This document shows, piece by piece, positions 52,645 to 64,000 of a stretch of 64,000 nucleotides of DNA (positions are counted from its first letter, which is position 1; the number at the start of each line of letters is the position of its first letter). The notes below the pieces were generated by a model that was given only the letters and a program-made list of their open reading frames with translations, did no database searches and was not told the origin of the DNA. The position numbers were made by a program, and so were the translations under genes. The DNA is taken from NCBI RefSeq assembly GCF_006345805.1, contig NC_043009.1, positions 4,030,001-4,094,000 on the forward strand. Reading direction: 5' to 3'. The DNA comes from Octopus sinensis (taxonomy: Eukaryota).

Positions 52645-52920
52645 CGCGTAGAAATATTGAAGATAATTTCACTCTTGTGTGTTTGTATGTGTCCTATATC
52701 AATACATATATATATATATTATATCTATATATATATATATATTGTAATACATTGAAACATGCATTCGCGTTCTTTCGCTCTCGCTGTCTACACACACATA
52801 CACACACCAGAGAATTATTCCTCATTAGAATCCTTTCCGTACTCTTCTCCACAAATGTTGTTCCTCTCTGTCGCAATTATACTCCTTACATAAACTTCAC
52901 ACGCACTAAATGAGTTACTC

Positions 52921-52983
<63 letters not shown>

Positions 52984-53065
52984 ATCGCGTAGAAATATTG
53001 AAGATAATTCTCACTCTTGTGTGTTTGTATGTGTCCATATATAAATACATATATATATATATATA
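52405..53065. repeat. Recent tandem duplication, period 337 bp
   Basis: TTGTAATACATTGAAACATGCATTCGCGTTCTTTCGCTC starts at 52405 and 52742; near-identical bodies. Confidence 0.95.
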
Positions 53066-53398
53066 GTCGATGATTCATGCTGTGATAGAAATAACTATAC
53101 AGAACATTATTTGTGTTGTCTTTTATAACTGAAAACAATAAATTTAGATATACGTATCCATGTGTGTGTATGTAAATACGTGTTGTGGGTAAAATATATA
53201 CATACACTCGAAAGAATAGTTGGTTCATACAGCTATATATTTTCGTCTAGCTAGCTATCTCAGTGTGTATGTATATGTGTGTGCATGTGTATGTATATAT
53301 ATATAAATACATATATATATATATATACATATATATGTATATATACGGGGTCGATTCGATTCGTCGCTTCGTTCCACTTCTTTCCTCTTAGTATTGTT

Positions 53399-53450
<52 letters not shown>

Positions 53451-54030
53451 GTGTGTGTGTGTACGGATGTATGTATAGAAAGATAAGATATGATATGATC
53501 GAGCTGTCGATAAATTGATAAATTTCTTCCATCTTGCTATTCATGTATACACACATACACATCATCATCATCATCATCGTCCAAGAAGACACCCTACAAT
53601 GTAAACAATCTAGGTGTGTACAGAAGTTAATAAAAGGACATAGAGTCAGTAACGACTTCGCTTTGTTATAAGCTGAAATATTCATATATTAACAGCGAAG
53701 TAATAAGTTTTAAATCTTACCGACTTTGGAAAAAATCAATTATCCATTCCTCAATCAATCATTATTTAAATACTTACGGTATTTTGCTTATTTTCTTATA
53801 TTTTTTATAATGTTTGCATAAGTATTGATAAAATATGTTTATTGATACAAAAGGTGTACAATGCGTATGGGCATTCATCTATGCATGTTTGTATGTATGT
53901 ATGCATGTATGTATGTATGTGTGTATGTATGTATGTATGCATGCAGGTAGTGTTCCAGGTGCAAATAAGAGCTTCTGTGAAATATAAGCAGGTAGATAAT
54001 AGGAAACACCTCAGCGATATATATTATGCA

Positions 54031-54076
<46 letters not shown>

Positions 54077-54412
54077 ATATGTGTGTGTCCATTGTACATG
54101 TATGTATGTTAAGAGGCTTGGGTAAACACACACACATATACAACACCTGTCGTGTGATTAAAACTTTATACTTTTGTGTGTATGTGAAAACATCTCATCT
54201 CTCTCCCACTCGATATATATATATATATACTATTTTATAAGCTTGAAACTTATAAGCGATCACCCCACGCAAGGACTAGAGGAAATAGTCTAAATAATGG
54301 GACTCAACAGAAAAAAAGTAGGTTTTATGAACGCGTGGGACTCGAACCCACACCTCTTTGTTTTCGCGCACCAAAATAAGTTTGTGTACGTATGTGTGTA
54401 TGATTTTGTGTG

Positions 54413-54455
<43 letters not shown>

Positions 54456-54622
54456 TACACACACACACATGACATTATCCAAATAATAACATAATTATAC
54501 TTTTATACAAGAGTATGTGTGTGCGTGTGTGTTTATGCATGCGTATATATACATCATCAATGAATTTGCACGAAATATATTTCAAGTCTTTCTGCGCCTA
54601 TGCGAATGGATGTATACACACA

Positions 54623-54669
<47 letters not shown>

Positions 54670-56919
54670 CTCGTTATGCATATTTTGGCGTTTGTGTCTG
54701 CATATGAGTATATCTGAATAGATTTGCCTGGTTGCGTGCGCGTGTATGCAATTCTGCGAGTGTTCAAACGTTTACATATAAATTTCAGTGCATGCGTGTG
54801 CATTTGTGTGCACAATGATTGTGTGTACGTGTGTGTTCGTGTGTGCATCCTGGCATTACTTTTGTATGTATCCGTGTGTGCGCATGCATTTATATATTAC
54901 AAAGTGTTTGATATATATATATATCTCATACACACACACACACACACATGTATAAGCGAGTTTTTGTGTGTGTGCGTGTTTATGTGTGTGTATGTGTGTG
55001 TGTGTATGTGTGTGTATGTATATATATATATATCAAAACAAGGGTATGTGTGTTCAGATGTCATGTTCACTATTTGTTTGTGTACCTGCGTGTGTAGATA
55101 CTTTTTTATGACTATATATGAATGCCTCTATATATATATACGCAGGTATGTTCTCGTATATGTGTTGTTCATGGAGGTACATACATGGACACAAATAAAT
55201 GCGTGTGTGTTATGTTTGCAGACACGCGAGCGCGCGATTTATTACCTGTCTTTTCAAACGATGGAGCTTGAAACGACATGGTATGTATATATGTATACTA
55301 TGCTTTTTTGCATCATGCATATAATTGTGTACGTATAATACGCATGCGTGTATACATGTATGAGAGTAATCGAGTGTGTGTATATATATATATATATATA
55401 TCTTGTATGTACGTATGTTAGATGAGGAATCTGATAACCGTAGTTCACCTACTGGTAACCATGTAAACCAGTATAACTTGTCCATGGTGGAGCCGTCGGG
55501 GAATAAACCGGCAACCCTACGATGCTTGCTTAAGAAGGACATTTGTCTTTGGATAGCCTACAAGAAAATGAACAAAATCCAGTAAACACCGGATGAATTC
55601 TATTTCATCAACTACCATCCATTTTGTGTGTATATAACATATATTTATACGTATATGTGCCTTTGCATGTGTGTATAGGTTCACATGGGAGAAGGACACA
55701 CTCATCCAAAATCTACTGGTCTTTTCTCACTTTTTGTTTGTTGTTATGTTTTAACGGTTTCAAACACTTCAAGATTTGTGCTCGTGTCGTACAAACATGT
55801 CTCAATATAAAATTTGATGCGCGGTTGCAGTTTGTGCCCCTAATTCTGTTGCTTCAAGCGTGCTTTCTTTTGTTCCTTCAAGTCAAAACTCACTCTTTTA
55901 AGAATCAAGGACTGCAGACCATTTGTTTGCGGCGTTTGAGATATTACAGACAGTGCAATACCGCTGTATCACAAGTTTCTTTGTATATATTATAACTTAG
56001 AAGTTGCAGTAGGATCAAGCACAATCGCTATTTTCTGGTCCCTCGTGCAGCTATGTTCATCATAGAAGCTCTTTCCAAAATCTTGTAGTACAGTGATGCA
56101 CAGTCACGTCGCGAAGACACCACGCTTCTAATTTTAAATTGGTCCAATTCTGGATTGTTAACTGATGGTCATACTAGAAAACTAGTTTGTGGGTGCATTT
56201 TCATACAATATATAGTGTGTGTACTTACGAAGGTAAAAAAAAAGTATTGTGTGTGCGTGTAATAAGGTGTAAGTAAGGTTTTATATATCTATGTATATAG
56301 ATACGAATGCTATGTATATATGTATGCATATGTAGATGCTTGTATGAATGCATCTAAAGATATGCAAATATCTGTGCATACGTGTGTGTGTGCATGTGCG
56401 TTTATCCGAGTCTGTATCCAATTTCTGCTCTGCAACTTAGCATTTCGAGAAATAGGGAACGACAAGAAGTATGCATGGTTGAAATATGTACAGAGGACCA
56501 ATACTTTCGACAAGGTAATGCTGCTGTATGGTCGGTGTCCAACAACTAAAACTCGTGTACTAGAGCTAGTACGATTGTGCGTTCATGCATTATATGTGTG
56601 TGTGTGTGTGGTTTTATGGTAAAGAGATAAGGTACCTAAGAAATTGAATGCTTGTGCGTGTGTGAGCATGCCTCCAACACAATATCCAGTGTTTATAAAC
56701 AGTACGTGTGTGTATTTTCAGCGAAGTTGCTGTCCCAAAATATTACCTTCATGAAAAATATATGGAAAACCAATTAAAAACACAGACACATGCACGTATA
56801 TAATGTCCCACACAAACACACACATTCTTAGAAACATACACGACTAATAACAAACACACACATGCACACACACATATATATGTATATGTACATATGTTTG
56901 TGTATATATATGTACATAT

Positions 56920-56962
<43 letters not shown>

Positions 56963-57002
56963 TATATATGTATGTATGTATATATATATATATATATGTG
57001 TG

Positions 57003-57033
<31 letters not shown>

Positions 57034-57038
57034 GTATG

Positions 57039-57069
<31 letters not shown>

Positions 57070-57299
57070 ATGTATATATATATATGATGTGTGTATGTAT
57101 ATATATATATATAGATGTGTGTATGTATATATATATATATGATGTGTGTTATGTATATATATATATATATATAGATGTGTGTATGTATATATATATATAT
57201 GTATGTTGTATGTATATGATATATGTATGTATGTATATGATATATGTATATATATATATGTATGTATGTATATATATATATGTATGTATATTATATATG

Positions 57300-57333
<34 letters not shown>

Positions 57334-57746
57334 TATATGTATGTTTGTATGTATATGATATACGTATATATATACATACATACATATATGTATATATATA
57401 TATATATATATATACATATGCATACATGTCAATTGACAAATGCAAATACATTTAAGCACACATGATGAAAGCTAATTTATTGCACACACGCACCAACAAC
57501 AACTCAAGCGCTCAACGAGATTTAGAAGCCCAAAGCAGCTCCAGAATGCAGTTTTTCACATTATGTCCATCTGTAAGAGTATCTCCAAATGGATATAGAT
57601 GTATGTCAGTAGGTATTCTTGGTGTGGTTTGGTGTGGATTGTAATTAGCTATATCATGCAAAAAGTTATCAATCTGTATATCTAAATATATATATATAAT
57701 TACTTCTACATGTATTTTAAGTTTGGTGCTCTGGGAACTCAAGTTT

Positions 57747-57785
<39 letters not shown>

Positions 57786-57913
57786 GTGTATATATATATA
57801 TATATATATAAGCGTATATGAGTAGATATATATATAAATACAATTTGCATTTATACTTAAGTATAAATATCCATACACACGTGTGTGTATATATATATAT
57901 CCACACACACGTG

Positions 57914-57945
<32 letters not shown>

Positions 57946-58467
57946 TATTTTTATACCCACATATATAAATGTAAGTTACATAGATTTTGTGCGCATATAT
58001 GTGTCTGTGTGTTCGTGAGCATATATCTGTATACATAACAATTTATGTATGTGCATAAACTATATGAAAATATCTGTATGTGTAAAGTATGTGTATGTAT
58101 ATATTTGTGGAAAGGTATATATATGTATAATGTAGGTATATAAAAGATATATATATATATATTTATATATATATGAGCATGTTTGTAAGGATATGTATAT
58201 AAATGTGTATAATATATAAAGGATATATGTATGCACATATATAGTATAAATGTATATATTTATCTTAAGCACAAATATGTGTGTAGACTTAATAACTAAA
58301 TACGTATCTCAGTACACTTGTGTGTGTGTGTCACTGACTCTGTGTATGTATATAGGAAACATATAAACTTTTTGATACATAACAAATACAAGTTTGTATA
58401 AGAAATATAACATTCATATATATATATATTTCAGATATGCTTATATTGCATGTATACAATATATATA

Positions 58468-58521
<54 letters not shown>

Positions 58522-58797
58522 TGCATATAAGAATGTATATATCTTATATTCATAAGCAGAGTATTTATTCAATATCATTTCATATGCTACACATTAAGTG
58601 TTCTACATTATGGTTATATTATATACACATATATGTGTTGTTTAATATACTTATGCATATTTCTATATATGTAAAACCATATAGTTTATGTGGTTTATTA
58701 TTTAATATATATGAACAAATAAAAACAAAATAAACACGTATAATATAAATCCTAAGATGTATGTTTGAACGCGTGTATATCATGTATATGAACATTA

Positions 58798-58840
<43 letters not shown>

Positions 58841-58872
58841 TTTGTGTGTGTATAATCATACACGAATATAGT

Positions 58873-58909
<37 letters not shown>

Positions 58910-59081
58910 TCGTGCAGATATAGATACTGATACAGTATGATTAAGTATATATATATGTTTATATGCATATGTATATAAACATTTATGCATTGTATATAAT
59001 TAAGAAATAGTTGGATATTCTACTTTTATACGTGGACACACACACACACACAGATGTATATGCATAACTCTGTGTGAGTGG

Positions 59082-59124
<43 letters not shown>

Positions 59125-59207
59125 GCGACAGCTCCTTTTAATAGTGAAACGATTTGCCAAATAAGTTATGGATGATTCAAGATATCATTTTTTAATTAAA
59201 ATTTAGA

Positions 59208-59317
<110 letters not shown>

Positions 59318-59352
59318 AATCTGTCTATCTATTATATATATATATAAATCTG

Positions 59353-59385
<33 letters not shown>

Positions 59386-61064
59386 TGATAAATATACAGA
59401 TGGATAGATCTGGATTAATATGTTTATAGAGGATTTTGCGAATGCAGCTGGGATTAATAATTTTCATGTAGAGAATATGTGTATATGGACGTATAGATTG
59501 CGTGTATGAACATTTGTTTGTGTGTGTGTGTGTATATCTCTATAAGTACGTGTGTGTGGTGTGTGTGTGTGTGTGTGTGCACTTATTTGTGCATGTTTTT
59601 CTACCTATAACCCCTAGACGTGTTAACCGCGGTGTTTGCGACGTTGTAGATCATCAGCTTTTCACGCATAATTGAATCCTACAAGATATATCGAATACTT
59701 TTTCACTTCTATGGAAATCACACACACACACATTGACATAAGCATACAATATTATAGTTTATCGGTGGCGAATTTGCATATTCGTTGGTGCGTTGGTACG
59801 GCGCTTCGCGCTTTTACTTTCGACGCTTTGCGCTTTGAGTTCAATGCTCACCGTAGTCTTTTTCTTCTTTCACTCTTTGGGATTCGATTTAGAAAATACC
59901 AAGCAAACGTGTCGGATTGACCGACTTAGTCCGTTACCTTAATACGTTGCTCACTTTTAAACTGCAGCCCCCGGTACTTTTGGGTGACTTTTAACCGAGT
60001 CCCGCTTATTACAAGCTTTCGGACAGGCTTCCACGTTGAGAACGCCTCCGTCTTAGAAGTTTGGGACTCTCTTTGTAGGATCATAACTCTGCCTTCACTC
60101 TTTACTAAACAACAAAATGAATGCTTGTCCAATATTCCTCTACATTGATGTTGTGGTTGTTTAATTTGACGATATTCCTGATCGCCTACACTCATAATCA
60201 CACACACACATATTTTAACTGTGGTCATTCCATCGGTTCTTATATCTATCAAGGGCTATTTTTTCCTCTGTGTCATAAGGAATGATTTTGAGCTGGATTC
60301 GACTACTGTTTCTAGCAGACTTCTTTTCTCGTTGCAGTTTGCTTTTGTGCATTTTGTAGTTATGTACTCTGTAGTTTATTACGACTATGATATATATATA
60401 TATAAGTTTACCATCACACATATATACATACCCCCAAAAGGGGTTTCCAACCCAAATATTTTTGTGCTATTATTTATAGCTTTATTACTTCGAGAACCAA
60501 TCCTCAAAAGGAATATATATACTTATATATATTCACACACACGTTTGTTTTCGCAAATAGGTGGCTGAGAATACGGCATTAGCTTGAAGAAATACCATGC
60601 AGCATTTTCTTTTGGTTCCGTGCGTTCAGGGTTCGAATCCCGTTTTTTTTTTTTGTTCTTCTGATCAATAAAGACAGAAAGAGAATGATTTTGCGGTTTT
60701 GGATTTCTGGAATTGTTGGAGGAATCGGAGAAGAGCTGCCGGAACGTTCCGGCTCTTAACGCTCTGGTTATTCCCTCTACCTTTTAGTTTATCATTCTCC
60801 GTGGCAAGCAAACCAGCTGACAGCAGACGGAACGAGGCTCCGGAAAGGACTAAAATATTCAAAAGAAAGCAATGAGATTACACACACACGTGTGTGTGTG
60901 TGTTCAGTCGTAGCTGAGTTTCACGAGTTGTACTGGATATTGATTGAAAATTCGTCAGCTATACACACTCAACTTTTATATTGGGCAAATTTTCACCCTT
61001 TCAGAATACAAACGTTTACTATAGATGAATATATAAATATATACACGCACTTATATCTATTCAT

Positions 61065-61098
<34 letters not shown>

Positions 61099-61338
61099 CA
61101 CTGTCGATTTACCTGAAGCAATAAATTATAGAACTCTATAGAAAAGTAGAGTATTATTCAGTACATAATGACTGATAGGTTTCTACTTTCATCACTTTGA
61201 CTTACACGTTTCCGATCATTTAGCTGATGATCAGAGCCTGCTTTTCCTTTGAATATAAGTTTATTGAAGATACTTTTAGAAATATTACATAAGTCATGAA
61301 GAAAACGCTTATCTTTTTATTAAAAAATGAAAAAAACA

Positions 61339-61618
61339 ACTTGCTTCTCAACTACATGGTTTCGGGTCAAATCCCACTGCGTGGCATCTGGGGTAAAATT
61401 TCTTGTCTTTGATATTGGTTTCGGGAACCGACTAAAGCCTTGTTAGTGGATGTGCTAGACGGAAACTGAAAGAAGACTGTCGTGTATATATTATTTGTGT
61501 GTGTGTGTCCGTCCTTGTCTCTTTGTTTGTCTTCCCAACCGTTTGACAAGCAGCATTGGTGTGTATATGTTCCCGTAATCTGGCGGTTCAGCAAAAGAGA
61601 CCAATAAAGTACCAAGCT
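61339..61618 (+). mobile_element. Diverged SINE family A
   Basis: CATGGTTTCGGGTCAAATCCCACTGCGTGGCA...GACGGAAACTGAAAGAAG...GCGGTTCAGCAAAAGAGACC. Confidence 0.8.
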
Positions 61619-61644
61619 TGATGATAATAATGATGATGATGATG

Positions 61645-62086
61645 ATTTTAAATTTTTGCCAAAAGAGCAACTTGGGGAAGGGGATTAAGTCGATTAATTC
61701 GACCCCAGTGCATAACTGATACTTATTTAATCGATCCCGATAGGTTAAAAGGCAAAGTCGACCTCAGTAGAATTTGAACTCAGAACACAGCGGCGGACGA
61801 AATGCTGCTAAGCATTTCGCCTGGCGTGCTATTGATTCTGCCAGCTCGGCGCCTTAATAATAATATTCTTTCTACTAAAGACACAAGGCTTGAAATTTGT
61901 GGAGAGGGGACTAATCGATTACATCGACCCCGGTGTTTCACTGGTACTTAATTTATCGACTCCAAAAGTATGAAAGGCAAAGTTGGTTTCGGCGAAATTT
62001 GAACTCAGAACGTAGCAGCAGACGCTAAGCATTTCGCTAAGCCTTTCGCCCGGCGTGCTAACGATTCTGCCAGCTCGGCGCCTTAA
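61645..62086 (-). mobile_element. Two tandem SINE family B copies
   Basis: Each ends GATTCTGCCAGCTCGGCGCCTTAATAAT. Confidence 0.9.
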
Positions 62087-63613
62087 TAATAATATTAATA
62101 ATATTATTGGGAGAGCGTGTGTATAACAATAATATACAAATATACACGCGCTGATACACTCAAGTTGAGGTTAAATGCATATAGTTATATGTATGGATGT
62201 ACAATGAAACTGCAAATAGTGATAGCAACATTAAAACATAGCTTGTGATTAGAATATCTAAATATATGTGTGTGCGTGTGTGTGTGTGTGTGATTATATA
62301 TCTAGATTGATTATGAAATAGTAAACTGTACATGGAGATAGACTGCGGATATGAGACGAGCGCAGATATATAAATATGAGTTTATGGAATGTGTGAGTAT
62401 GTGTATAGGAATATGTATATGTTATTGCATGTCGATGTAAATATGTGTGTGTACAAATATATACATGTGCGTGTGTGTATACACTAGGCTTTATGTTTTG
62501 CGTTTGTTTATTATCGCTTAACAACCGCTGATGGTGTGTTTATGTCGCTGTAATTTAGCAGATCGTTAAAGAAAAAACAAATATAAAAAAGCGATGCTAG
62601 AATAACTATACGGTTAAAATATATACTGGGGTCGATTTGATCACCTGAAACCTTCAGCGCGATGCACCAGCATGGCCGCAGTCAGTAACTGAAGCAAGAT
62701 TAATAAAAGCACACATACGCATACGCGCACACGCAGGTATATACATATACGTATAGACATCGATCTAACGCGTAGATACCACACGTATATACACATTTAT
62801 TATTGTTTAACACCAGTTCAATTTTACATCCAATATGATAAAATGCAATCATTCAGTAATCACACGATTTATTAAGAACTTTGTCCGTTTTCACATCGAA
62901 TGAATTCTTCAGTTCATCAAGACTTTATGACATTATTTGAGGGAGATTTGGTTGTTCTTCTCCGCAAAATGTGAAACCACCTAGAGTTTCCCACTTTGGA
63001 TACTTCTGCTTTTCATCGTTACATTAGACGGTTTATATATATGTGTATATATATATATATATTATTATTATTAGGATTTAAATATATGTATTGATTTGTA
63101 AGTAGATATACACATATGAAGAAATAATGCGCTGTGGACAGGTAGATAAGCAATTGGATGTGTATGTAGATGGAAGGATGGACGAATAGATAGGCAGAGG
63201 AATGGACGAGCAGATGAGAGAGAGAAGAACATAGATAGATATTGATTGCGCAGGCGGAAGATTGATACATAGGTAGATAAAGGTAGATATAGTTTTGAAC
63301 GAAATACAGGATCTCGGATACAGAGACGGTTGGAGAGCGAAAGAGGGAGAGCTATACTGCTGAATACACAGATAGATAGTTAGATAGATAGATATATAGA
63401 TAGATAGATAGATATATAGATGGATAGCATTAAATGGATATTATATGAACAGTTTTCTTGAATAAAAGATGTAATAATTTATTGCATCGAATTGGATTAT
63501 AGATGCATGTAAATTTTATCGAAATTGACGTAATCGAACGCATACGTATAAGCATATTCACACATGCGTGCACACAGAAAAGCGCGCACAATTTTGTGTA
63601 AATTTATACAGTA

Positions 63614-63763
63614 GTTGTGTGGTAAGAAGCTGGCTTACCAACCACATGGTTCCGGGTTCGATCCCACTGCGTGGCGCATTGGGCAAATATCTTCTATAAT
63701 TTCGGGCCGACCAAAGCCTTGTGAGTGGATTTGGTATGCAGAAACTGAAAGAAGCCCGCCGTA

Positions 63764-63810
<47 letters not shown>

Positions 63811-63982
63811 TATATATAATGTGTGTGTGTTTTGTGTCTGCGTTTGTCCTCCCAACATCGCTTGACAACCGATGTTGGTGTATGTAAGTCCTTGTAGCTT
63901 AGCGGTTCGACAAAAGAGAATAAAGTGGCGGTGCTCCGGCTTGGCCGCAGTCAAATGACTAAAACATGTAAACGAATAAAAT
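63614..63982 (+). mobile_element. SINE family A
   Basis: TGTGTGGTAAGAAGCT...GGGTTCGATCCCACTGCG (B box)...GCAGTCAAATGACT. Confidence 0.88.
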
Positions 63983-64000
63983 AAGATATATATATATATA

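Noticed and set aside
54330-54372. tRNA on minus (GTGGG-TTCGAGT-CCCAC T-arm)
   Set aside because: Only the T-arm is present; no D arm or acceptor stem. Probably a SINE head fragment.
59926-60252. 108-aa minus ORF of normal complexity
   Set aside because: No recognisable motif; partly overlaps simple repeats; within chance expectation.

Overview
AT-rich, microsatellite-saturated eukaryotic non-coding DNA. The SINE families resemble those I recall from octopus (coleoid cephalopod); this is recognition from memory, not a database hit. No intact host protein-coding gene can be supported, and almost all listed ORFs are translated simple repeats. The window holds dozens of tRNA-derived SINE copies (families labelled A-E here), a full-length but frameshifted DD34D mariner (19367-20647), a Tc1 remnant, a Penelope-like element (PLE) fragment, a HERO-like RLE LINE remnant, an 81-bp RTE 3' end with TSD, a pogo-like MITE and a Helitron-like 5' end. 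The most notable signal is a set of seven hammerhead-ribozyme (HHR) motifs from about five repeat families. In one family the PLE pseudo-LTR carries a tRNA-like Pol III head upstream of a minimal HHR. It occurs both attached to a PLE ORF (8001-9072) and as a free non-coding, inverted-repeat element (4938-5335), suggesting a Penelope-mobilised, ribozyme-processed SINE/retrozyme. SINE boundaries are approximate.
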